Source: Xylographa opegraphella (taxonomy: Eukaryota). From it: a stretch of 64,000 nt of DNA. The notes under the pieces are model-generated. The model ran no database searches. It was not told the origin of the DNA and was given only the letters and a program-made list of their open reading frames with translations. Position 1 is the stretch's first letter; every line of letters starts with the position of its first letter. The stretch lies in contig JALDZX010000010.1 in NCBI GenBank assembly GCA_022813865.1, positions 372,001-436,000 on the forward strand, in the 5' to 3' direction. Below are positions 12,201 through 22,561 of the stretch, in pieces. The translations under genes and the position numbers were made by a program.

Positions 12201-13275
12201 ATGGGTTCTCCCTCTCACACAGAGGCTTCTGTTACGTCCACGGTGCGTACAGGAGGTGCTACTCCACTGAAAGCATCTCGAAATGTCTTGAACGTCGTGC
12301 TTGGGGACATTATGTTCCCAACGTGGTATCCCTCTTTTTACCCGGAAGAGCTTGTTGGAAAGGACACTGATAGGCTTTATGTTTGTCAATGGTGTTTCAA
12401 GTATTCCAAGGAAGTTGTACCGTTCCTGACTCACGTGGTAAGCTTGCGAACACCAAACTCTCTGGAGGTCGGTTCGGTAACCTTTCCTTGCCAGAAAGCG
12501 TGCAATAAGGAAGACAACGAGCCCCCGGGAAGATTGATTTACAGGAAAGCGCCGTACTCGATTTACGAAATAGACGGCGAGGAAGAGAAGGTATCATCCC
12601 AAGTTCCAAACACACCTATAATTATCACTAAGATCGGCATAGCTGTTCACCCAGAATCTGTCATTGTTTGCCAAGCTCTTTCTTGACAACAAATCTGTCT
12701 TCTTCGATGTTTCATCTTTCAACTACTACCTCCTGATCAAAGACTTACCAGCATCAAGCTCGCCTAGCCGGCAGATCGTGGGTTTCTTCAGTAAGGAGAA
12801 GATGTCCTGGGACAATAACAATCTCGCTTGTATACTTGTATTTCCACCATGGCAACGACAAGGTCTTGGCAAGATTCTGATGGGTGTAAGCTATGAGCTC
12901 AGCAAGCGTGAAGGTAGGATAGGTGGGCCGGAGAAGCCGTTGAGCGAACTGGGTAGGAAGGGCTACTCAAAATTCTGGGAAGCCAGAGTTGCAAGTGCTA
13001 TTCTGAGGACTCGAAACAAAAGTACTGTAACTCCTGAAGAGATTGCTAGACAATGCTGGATGCTTGTAGATGATGTAATTTTGGCACTGAAAGACATGGG
13101 AATATTAGAAGAACGGAAGAAAGGAGCAGGATTTCTTCTTGCTAAGGATAAAGCAAGGAATTGGATTCAAGTCAACAATATCAACCTAAACCCTCCGGTG
13201 GACGAGTCATGCTTCGTGGAAGAGTGGATGCAGACAAGCTCTGGAAGAGAACCCATTCGACAGCAAGTCCCGTAA
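12201..13275 (+). CDS. Short MYST-family histone acetyltransferase (Sas2-like), 3 exons
   Basis: TWYPSFYP, C2HC finger (VCQWCFKY...H...C), YEIDG, QNLSLFAKLFLDNKSVFFDV, VGFFSKEK, NNLACIL, QRQGLG and GPEKPLS. Start codon uncertain. Confidence 0.92.
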
Positions 13276-13664
13276 GGTCGTTGACTGTGCGTCGTCACTG
13301 GCGCGTAGGAGATTCTACTTGTGCAGATTTGGACGAGTGATTGGGATCCGCAGTGCGTATAACGCTTCCCAAGCGATTTGGAAATTTATTACAGCACAAT
13401 CATCACGGAGAGCTAAAATCAACAACACATGGCACTTTTGCGGGAAATACCACACCCTAGGAAATTACTTGACTTGTTTCACTGTTACAGAACTTGAACA
13501 TCGGCTAGTGGACGACTCATACCCGTATCTCTTTTGACTGTCAGATTTGGGATCGTATGTTTCCACTTCATCGGCTGTGTCAGGAACAAAGTGCTCTCTC
13601 GTATCCCTCTTCTGGGCTGCAGTTCAGTATCAAATCAAGGCGATCTTAGGAAGAGGATACTGAT

Positions 13665-14476
13665 ATGGCAATCATTGGGGAAAAAGAACTTGTCGATAGT
13701 CTTGCTGGGTACCATTATCGTTGACTTTTGCTATTCCCTACTGATATCTAGAAGTGTCAAAAGGACCTCAAAATATTCTGACCTCGTCATTCGTTGTCAT
13801 GAACGTGAATGGAAGGTTCATCGAGTTGTCATCTGTCCTAGATCGAAATTCTTCGAAATAGCATGTGATGGGGACTTCAAGGTCAGTACTCGAGTTCGAG
13901 GTGTGAGACCCGTTTCTAAGCCTCGTGACATAGGAAAGCAAAACCGGCCAAATCAATCTAGTGGACGATGATCCTGATGTCGTCGATCACATGATTGATT
14001 ATCTCTACCGTATGGACTATGATGACAAGCCAAACGCAGCCAAAGCGTACCCGTCAGATGGACCGCTGGTCACAAATGCAAATGTTTATGCTATCGCTGA
14101 CAAATATGAGATTTGGTCATTGAAGAATGCCGCAAAATGGAAAACAGAGGAAGCTTTGAAGACAGATTGGAATCACGACAGCTTTCTATCATCGCTCGAC
14201 ATTGTACGGACCGCAACTCCGCAATCAGACCGAGGACTTCGAGATCTGTTCATTCCAGTCATTGCGGCGCACAAGGACTACTTCCGCAAGAACGAGGCCT
14301 TCATGGACTATTTGAGAGCCAATGGAGATTTGGCGGTTGATGTGATCGAACATGGCTGGGACTCGATGAAGAGAATCACTGAGCTATATTGCGACTCCGA
14401 GGGCTGCAAAGGAAACTACAACATCAGATGCGCTCACTGCTCGCAAAGCCAGGATCTGTACCTCCATAGCATGTGA
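13665..14476 (+). CDS. Fungal BTB/POZ domain protein (paralogue 1), 3 exons
   Basis: KYSDLVIRC...WKVHRVVICPRSKFF..ACDGDFK|ES...DDDPDVVDHMIDYLY, VYAIADKY, TPQSDRGLRD; C-terminal Cys cluster. Confidence 0.88.
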
Positions 14477-14981
14477 AATATATTGGATGTCAGAGTTTCT
14501 CAAGTCAGCATATTGCTTATTGGAGGGATTCCAATCACAATACTTAGAATCAGCAATGGCACTCTTGATGTAGATGTGATAATGCCGCATTCAATTGATC
14601 CGCATTGTGAGCCATGCACAATTCACTCTGAGGTCGACGCGCGCGTCACGACGGAACACTACGGAGGCAGCGAGTTCTTGGATGAACGCGGTCGGGGAGC
14701 CTGCAGAATCTGGGCTCCGGCTGGCGAGGGTGGCCGTGCGAGCGTCATTCCCGGGGTCTGGACATAGGGTCTCCCATAGCTTCCCCCCCCGGGGGGCAGG
14801 GGCTCTACTACCAAATTCCTCCAACAGTCGAGAACGTGATACGCCGAGTCACTTGTGTTGATTTGCAAAACCGGTCTTGCACCGTTCCCCCGTTTCTAGA
14901 GATTTTCGTGTGTGTTGGGATCCAGTTGCGTCTGCCTTTTTTTTTTGTGCTGTCAACCTCACACCGTGGGGTTTCCTCTAC

Positions 14982-15857
14982 CTAGTAAAGGTCCGAGTCC
15001 AGTAGTGGAGGACCATCCGGCCCACGGCCACGTGCCTTCTTCTTCCCCTTCTTGCCCCCAGGCCACGGCGTATCCTCCGTGTCACCCACAAATGGGGTGC
15101 CGAACCCCAAGGAGCTCCCTCCAGCCGCTGCCCTATCCCACGCGCTCTCCACCACGTTGACCACCAGCTCCGCGTTCCTCCGCAGCAGCTCAAAGAACGC
15201 CGCGCTGCCCCGCAGCTCCGCGGTGTGGTTGTCGATGAAGGCGAGGTAGCAATCGCGCAGGCCGCGGTCCGACTGCGGGGTGGTGGTCCACGCCAGGTCG
15301 GCCGCCTGCACGAAGCTCTCGTCCGAGCCGCCGTCTCGCCAGTCGAAAGCCACCGCCGCCGCCGTCTTCTGCCGTGCGACGGTCTGCAGGTGCGGGATGG
15401 CGCACTGGTCCGCGATCGCGTAGACCAGGGCGTGCGTGACCAGTCGGCCCTGGGGCGGGGCCGGGTCCGCGGCGGGAGTGGCAGCGGCGCTGTAGTCGCC
15501 GAGGTAGAGGTACTGGATCATGCAGTCGACGATGGCGGGGTCGTTGCCCGCGAGCGTCAGCTCTCCGCTGCGGGCTTCCTGGTAGGACGCACGCGGTGGT
15601 TGGCAATCGGGGCCTTGGAAGAGGGGAAGGAGCTTCATACCTCGAATGGGCCGTCGCAGACCTTCTGGAAGAAAGCCGACTGGAGGCATATCACGACACG
15701 GTGCACGTTCCACGAGCGGTCCCCGCAGCGGATGACGAAGTCATGGTACGCCCCAGACGCTTTATCCTGCCGTATATCAGTCGGTGAGCGTGGGGCACGA
15801 TATAGCTGTGGGATAGGCTTGATACCGCGCAAGACCGGTGACGAAGTCTTGGTGCAT
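14982..15857 (-). CDS. Fungal BTB/POZ domain protein (paralogue 2); possible 1-nt frameshift in exon 2
   Basis: YHDFVIRC...WNVHRVVICLQSAFF..CDGPFE|EARSG...NDPAIVDCMIQYLY, VYAIAD, TPQSDRGLRD. Same intron positions as paralogue 1, but exon1/exon2 phase mismatch. Confidence 0.8.
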
Positions 15858-16427
15858 AGTTTGGCTGGCAAATAGTCAATCCAGCGAAGGCTTGAACGCT
15901 ACTGGGGGGCGAAGGAATGGGGAGAGAGAGGAAATTTGTGGGAGGACGGGATGGCTCGAAAGCAAACTTTGGGTGTTGAAAGGAATAGTGTCATTGCTCT
16001 GAGCAAAAGTGAATGCATGTAATGCCCCCGACGCCTTTCTACAGGTCTTTCTGGGGACTTGCGAATACCGAATAGTGGCAGTTGGCATTCACCAATGGGA
16101 AGGAATGTCCACTCACTGTAAGATAGGAGGAGGATACTCATTGTCGGAATAAACGTCGTTGCGTCTAGGACTTATCCTCTCACTGTTAGATTAACTGCCT
16201 TGATCCCGGGCGAATGGTGATGGAACCCGGCATACAATGCAGGAGCACATTCGATAGCGAAGACGAAACACTCATGCATGCGTTATGACGATTGGATGAA
16301 GCGACGATATGGCGCGTCACCCGGCATAAGCATAATGCCCGTAACAACAAAACATAATGGGCACAGTTTATCACGAAAAGTATCAGCCAGCTTAAAGGGT
16401 CGACGGCCCAGAGCCAGTTCTAACAGA

Positions 16428-18476
16428 CTACCCCGGAAACCCAGCCCTCGCGACCTTCCTCGCCCGCTGATCCCGCCGATTATGATTCGCGCGCGCCGCC
16501 TTCCCCGCATCCTTCCTCTGCCTCGCAACCTGTGTTGCCCGATCGTCCGCCGGCCCCGCCACATCTCCTCCCCTCCCTCTCCCTCCGCCCCTTCCTCGCC
16601 CGCGTGCTCTGCCTCCGAAGCCAGCCCTCCCGCCCCTCTCCCTCACGGTATCATCCCCCTCGGTCCCGGACCCGGTCGCGGACTCCCTGTACGCCGTGCT
16701 CGCCAGTTCGCGCTGCCCGCCGGCGAACATGGAGAACTTGGCCTCCAGCCGCCTGAGCCGTCTGGGGTCCCGCCCGAGCATGATGGCCCACCCCTCGATC
16801 GCCTCGTCCGTCATGCCCGTCTCGCTGCGGAGCGCGACGCGGGCGCTGCCTCTGCGGGTGGCGGAGTCGCGGTCGAAGACGCCGGACGACAGTCGGTACG
16901 CGGAGAACAGCGCTTCTTCGTTGCGGTCGTGGAGGTCGGCGTCGACTTCGTCGCTGCCAGGTAGGGCGGTGTCGACGGTCCCGCCGACGTCTTCGGCGTC
17001 GTAGGTGTCGTCGCGCTCGTCGTCGTCAGAGTCGAAGGCCGCGAGGGCGGAGAGAATGGCAGCTTTGTTTGGGGCCGTGGACCGGTCGGAGAGCAGGGCA
17101 TCGGCGGTGAGATGGGGGTTCTTGCGGCCGATGTGGAGTCTGGAGGCGTTGATAGCTAGGTTGTCGAAGTCGTCGTTGTCGAAAACGTTTCTGCGGGTTG
17201 GCGGCAAAGGCGGAGTTGAATGCGGAGCCAAGGACGATACAAGCTCCTTGTCTGTCTTGTGCTCGTTGTGCCCACTGGAATAAGTTAGTGGAGACGTATC
17301 ACAAGTCTTGTAGAGCATTCCATACAATTGCTCGCTTCGATCCGCATCCTTGAGGCGCCCTGGAAGCGAGTCATCAAGAAGATGTGCAGTGACTTGCTCT
17401 GTATCGTCATTGTACTCATCCAAGAGTTTCACGATGAACCCAGATCCTAGATCTGGAAAGAGATCTTGAATTTGCGTTATCAGGCTCATCTTGTGGACGT
17501 GTACACCTCCCATTGCACCATGGCCATACTCGTCCCGCTCCTTGTGCTTACCTTTGTCAATCCTGCGACGAACATGCGTCTTAGGCTTCATTCCAGGTGT
17601 CTTGAGGCTCTCAAGGTAAGCAATCAAAGACTTCGCTCGGCCCGAATCGGTTCCCGAAAGGCGATCCTGTAATTTCCGAACAAAATGAGTGGTGGACACC
17701 AATTGAGACAACAATGAGGAAGTTTGACCACTGGCATACTGCTTCTCTGTGATAGTTTTGAGGGAGAATAAGTGATCTAGTAGTAAAGAGGTATTCGGCT
17801 TGTCCCCTTCCAGCAAGCTCGATAAGCCAAGATATGTAATCGTCACAAGCTTCCTCTTCACGTCTTCAGTATGGCGAGACCAAGCCATAGCGATGGAATC
17901 AGGGAGGTCTGAGCCAACCATGAGGAAGTTCCCGTATCGGTGCGATGCCTTAAGCAAAGCGGCCACCCTTCGAAGGTACGTAGTCAGCTCGGAAGAATTA
18001 GCATGACTGGAATCATCTAAAAGCCTTAGAAAGTCCTTTTTACTTTGAAGCATGTCAGCACTGCTGTCCAACGCAGACTTTTTCCATTGGTTGTCTAGGA
18101 GCGGTTTCAGGCTTGGGCTTCTTGCAAACACAGTGCTAAGATCTCCTAGAACCCCCCATCGTAACAGCGTAGATGCTGGCGGCTCTACCTCTGTGAAGAG
18201 ACGATGTGTCAAAAGAAAGCAATCCCGTCTTAAAATCTTCTCGGCTCTGGTAGTAGACATGAGATCTCTGTCCTTCGAAGCTTCGCTTGCATAAGACCCA
18301 AGAAATTCCACAAGTGACTGATCTTTTGAGGATGATTGTGCAAATGCTTTTCGATCTAATGAGAGGCGACCATGAGCTAGTATGATCCATGAATCAAGAC
18401 AGGCCTCCCACTCTTCAGGAAGCATTGTCCCCTGCACTTCTCCTGGAGGAAACGGCACAAATGACGGTATAGACAT
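16428..18476 (-). CDS. CUE3: CUE-domain ubiquitin-binding ribosome quality-control factor (Cue3/ASCC2-like)
   Basis: CUE domain (SLITQIQDLFPDLGSGFIVKLLDEY...VTAHLL), RRNVFDNDDFD, DDDERDDTYD, FDRDSATRR, TGMTDEAIEGW, RANHNRR. Intron 17275-17325. Confidence 0.9.
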   Translation of the reverse strand: MSIPSFVPFPPGEVQGTMLPEEWEACLDSWIILAHGRLSLDRKAFAQSSSKDQSLVEFLGSYASEASKDRDLMSTTRAEKILRRDCFLLTHRLFTEVEPPASTLLRWGVLGDLSTVFARSPSLKPLLDNQWKKSALDSSADMLQSKKDFLRLLDDSSHANSSELTTYLRRVAALLKASHRYGNFLMVGSDLPDSIAMAWSRHTEDVKRKLVTITYLGLSSLLEGDKPNTSLLLDHLFSLKTITEKQYASGQTSSLLSQLVSTTHFVRKLQDRLSGTDSGRAKSLIAYLESLKTPGMKPKTHVRRRIDKGKHKERDEYGHGAMGGVHVHKMSLITQIQDLFPDLGSGFIVKLLDEYNDDTEQVTAHLLDDSLPGRLKDADRSEQLYGMLYKTCDTSPLTYSSGHNEHKTDKELVSSLAPHSTPPLPPTRRNVFDNDDFDNLAINASRLHIGRKNPHLTADALLSDRSTAPNKAAILSALAAFDSDDDERDDTYDAEDVGGTVDTALPGSDEVDADLHDRNEEALFSAYRLSSGVFDRDSATRRGSARVALRSETGMTDEAIEGWAIMLGRDPRRLRRLEAKFSMFAGGQRELASTAYRESATGSGTEGDDTVRERGGRAGFGGRARGRGRGGGRGRGGDVAGPADDRATQVARQRKDAGKAARANHNRRDQRARKVARAGFPG

Positions 18477-19052
18477 TATGAAGAATGTTGTAAAACAGAC
18501 GTTGGAGTTTGTTCTGGACGGACTGGGGGCCGTTACGCTTTTGATACCACAGTGCCACCTACTCTAAGTACGAGAGAACTTCAAATCATAAAGTACAGAG
18601 CATATACAAGGAATATTTCATAATAACGCTTTCTTTGTCGTTCGATTCATGACGAGGACAAGCAAATAATGTAAGCTACAGGGCTTAGCGAGATCTAGGA
18701 CTAATCGTGCCTAGAATAAGAAAAGATGCCCTGATAAGGTATGGGATTCAGGTAACGGATGCTCTGCGGTGGCCCAACTGGTTGCATCGTAGAAGCAGCT
18801 CAGCGAAGGAGGGATGTTTGAATTATAAGGAGGGTCTGGAAATTCAAAGATTTTAATTTCTCAATTCTGTGCTAAATGCTATCCAATAACAAAACCGATC
18901 TCCGCGCACTTGCGTTTCTAACAATACGGCTGATACTAGACGTGATCCCATACTGAACTTATGTATTTTGAGATCCTATGGTAGTATTATCATTATAAAT
19001 AGTTGCACGTTATAACATGTCGACATTGACTTTATCCAAATAAAAAACACCA

Positions 19053-20416
19053 TCAATCAATCTCGATAATCCCGGGCCCGTAAAGAGTCGCACTCGCTAC
19101 CATACTGGCGTTGGCGAACGAAACACCGGTTCCGCTGACAAGTGCTGCAATGGTCAGCCCCTTCGCAAAGCCGCTATCGAAGGGCAGCGATGCATTGAAA
19201 TATGACAGGCCACCGATACTGGTCACGGTTGAGATCGGCACTGTAAGTGGGAGGTTCTGCCCGGACAGATACACGAGGGAATTTGTGGATGGGGCAACGG
19301 TGCCAGGAACGGCGAAGGTAGCGGTACTGTTCATGTCTGGAGGCATGCTGACGACTGTTAAGGGCCCGAATGTTGGAATAGAGGCGCCAATGATGTCAAC
19401 GCCAGGACAGGAGCCTGGGACGATCACACCCTGGAGGAAGGTGAACTGCCGGGGGTCAGTGAAATTCCATGACCAATTGAGCGCTGTATTGGTGATGTAC
19501 GTACCGCGAAAGCCGGAGCTTCGGTTGTCAGGAATGGAGCAGCAGATGGCGTTTTCAGCTGCAACGAGCGGTACCAACCATCCTGCTGGCCTTCTTGCGC
19601 AATGATCGAGCCGATCAGGTTTACCAACGGTACTTCATCTCCTCCGTCACTTGCGAACAGCGTCTGTCCTTGTGGAAGGACGCCGAGCACCACGTCGGTA
19701 AAGGTTTGGGCGAGCGTGATGGCGCTCAGGAAATCGCTAACCGGGAACATGTACTCGCAGGGCGTGATCTGGGTAGCATTCGCGGACGCGAGGATACCAT
19801 TGGCGCCGAGTGCATGTAATTTTTCTTGCTGGAGAGGTGCCGTTAGCAATCATATTTGGTTTGTGGATACGAATGATGGTGATTAGGAACATTTCGCTCA
19901 TCCGCACCAGACATCGGCGCGGCAGATGGCTAAAGCCACGAATATATAAAAGGTAGAAAAACAGCCTGTCTATTCAATCGCATGCCATTGCAACGGACCG
20001 CTACCAAATGTGGATGCGACTCTGTTCTGTATAGGAGGGGAAACGGAAGGTCTTCTAGAAAATAGAGGGATATTTACATTGGCTACCGCAGTCAAGGCCT
20101 CAATGACAAAGGTGCGGTTGTAGCCAGCCAAGTCATAGCCGGCCACATTGGTCGTGATATTCGTCAACAGATCGGTAAAGTAAGCAACTTCGAAGATCTC
20201 GTTCAGGGCGATGAGCTGCAGCGCGGCCACGGCAGATGGCTGCAGCTTGGTCGGAAGAGGACCGTTGGGCAGACTGCCACCCGCCAACGTCTCAATTCCC
20301 TTCAATTGCGCAGGGCTCGGGCTGGGGAAGCCATCTTGCAGCGGGAAGGGACCATACGGCGCGGCGACCACACAAGCCGCGAGGGCTGAAAGCGAAGCAA
20401 CAGATGTCAGGCGCAT
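19053..20416 (-). CDS. Secreted ferritin-like-fold protein of the Rds1/late sexual development (LsdA-like) family, 3 exons
   Basis: Signal peptide, DGFPSPS, LQLIALNEIFEVAYF, QEKLHALGAN, PCEYMFPV, AQTFTDVVLGVL, QEGQQDGWYR, PSAAPFLT, GLTIAAL, TLYGPGIIE. Confidence 0.85.
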
Positions 20417-21720
20417 TTCGGCAGTATTTGGGGGAAGTAGGTTTTATGGAGGGGAGATCGTGAGGTTTCCACTGGGTAATATACTGAAGACAGGGCTGGG
20501 TGAAGAAACAGCAGGCGGTGTACATTATTTATTAAGAGCTCAGAGCTTTCTTTCTTCCCGTCCGTCGACAGTAGCTTCGATCCCCCGGCTGGTGGGATAT
20601 CCGCTCACGTAGCGGATCCCGTGCTTGGGATTGGGCCGATCGTCAACAAAGCGGAGGGGGTTCCTCCTGCGGGGCTTCCATCATTGGAGAGAGATGATGC
20701 AAGGTCCCGCAGGATGCATGGCCGCAGAGAGCGACGGGGGCGTGGTGGTGGCCTTCCCAAAAGAAACATCCGAGCTATTGCTGGGGGAAAGGATGCGGGC
20801 AAGCACGCCAAAACATTTCGTCATTGGCACGCTAATGGCGAGGAAAGGGTCTAGCCCATTGTTTTAGCGGAGGCAGTAGCTCCCGCGCCATCATCGGCAA
20901 GCCGGCCATGCTCAGGCCGACTCCCTCGGCAATCACTGACAACACTCACACTCCCTCACACTCTCACACCACCCCGCTCGATCCGCTTCCATCAATCCTG
21001 ATCCTTCTTCCGCACCCGATGCAACGCTCATGCTTTGGCCCGACGGCTGACAGCTGACAAAGGTACTACGCTGACTCGCTTACCCACCTGATCCTAGTGC
21101 GGCCCCATCAGGCTGATGGGAAACAAATATGGCTGCTGACGACACTACTGCAGCGACATTGGTCATCGACGGGCAGAGTTGCCGCGGCCTTTAGTGCTGA
21201 AAGTACCATTCGTATTCCCTAAGTACCTTAGTATTTGATACAGGGCGATGTCCCTGGTTTATTAGCTGAGCATTGTTGTTTCAACGGCCGTAGATACTAT
21301 TGCGGTGTAGCGAGTGGCAGGGAAAAGGGAACACCGTGGGTACATGGTAAGCGTAAAGTAATAGATGGTGAGACAGCGGAGAGATGATAAGTGAAAACCA
21401 AGATGTTTGGAAATGTTTCAATCGAGCCGACACCGACTCAGGCACCTCGTCCACGTGAGCTCCCCAAGCGAGGCAACTAGTCCCATCCTAGGATGACCAG
21501 CACAGCCTTGCCAAGACTTCCTCCGCACAATCCAATTTCAACCACCAACCGCCCCATCTCACAACGACATCCGCCTTTCATCACCTTACCGAACCCAGCT
21601 GTTCAGGTCTTGATTGGCACTCTTCATCAAACCGTCCGTGTTCGCATCCACTCTAACAATCCCAACCCGGAGGAACTAACCCGATATCCCAGACCTTCCG
21701 CGCTCCACCGAACCGCCAAA

Positions 21721-22260
21721 ATGTCGTACCAAAAGCCCGAGAAAGACTTCGGCGAGGGCCCCGTACGTTTCGGCCAACTCTCCCCAACCAACCAACCATA
21801 TCATCCACAGCGCTGACAGCGACTGCAGAAAATCCACAAGATCCGCATCACCCTCACCTCGCGCAAAGTGCAGTCCCTGGAGAAGGTGTGCCAGGAGCTC
21901 ATCGAGCGCGCCAAGTCGAAGGATCTCCGCGTCAAGGGCCCCGTTCGCCTGCCGACCAAGAGCTTGAAGGTCACGACCCGGAAGACGCCGTGCGGGGAGG
22001 GTAGTAAGACGTGGGATACGTATGAGATGCGGATCCACAAGCGGTTGATTGAGTAAGTCGTTCCGTGTTGTTGTCGATGCGAAAGGATCAAAGGGCGAAC
22101 CGGCATCGCACGGGAGATAGAGCGAGGGAGGGAACGACCATTGTGATGATCTGTGCTGATGCGGTACCGATGTAGTTTGAATGCACCAACCGAGGTTGTG
22201 AAGCAGATTATTATCAACATCGAGGCTGGGGTCGAGGTCGAGGTCACGATTGCGGCTTAG
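21721..22260 (+). CDS. RPS20: 40S ribosomal protein S20 (uS10), 3 coding exons
   Basis: [28 protein letters not shown]...KGPVRLPTK...[53 protein letters not shown]; introns 21763-21828 and 22053-22175. Confidence 0.98.
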
Positions 22261-22561
22261 ATATCTTACATTGATAGATGGATGGACGGTTTTGTGTCAG
22301 ATGTGCGGAATAGCAAATTTTACCTGGACCACGGATCGAGGCAATTGCCTACATTGACATATTGAATCGAGACAATATGTAGCTTTTGATCCTGAATCAC
22401 GATATCATGAAGCCAATCTGCTCTCAACCTTTGTGAGATTCCAGACCGAACTTCAATAAACTCCCCGTAGAACCGACAATCACCCACCAACCCACCCAAA
22501 ACCCGAAATCCCAGAATAACCACCCACCGCACCCCGCACCCCCTCCTCCCCTCCCCCCAGC

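Noticed and set aside
14783..14796. C8G6 palindrome between the BTB genes, as a possible MITE or ncRNA
   Set aside because: Low complexity; no terminal inverted repeats, target-site duplication or known RNA motif.
15225..15875. Long antisense or alternate-frame ORFs (also 16278-16964, 22597-23259, 23037-23810, 52995-53927, 60545-61504, 60780-61667)
   Set aside because: Shadow ORFs caused by GC-rich, stop-poor codon usage in real genes; no family motifs of their own.
18640..18648. GTTCGATTC, a tRNA T-loop/B-box-like motif
   Set aside because: No acceptor stem, D arm or anticodon arm can be built around it.
19831..20077. Unusually long (~247 nt) first intron of the Rds1-like gene, as a snoRNA host or twin intron
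   Set aside because: No convincing C/D or H/ACA layout, and no nested splice signals that rebuild a second intron.
22143..22160. GTGATGA and CTGA inside the RPS20 intron
   Set aside because: Only a few nucleotides apart, and the CTGA is the likely branch point; too short for a snoRNA.
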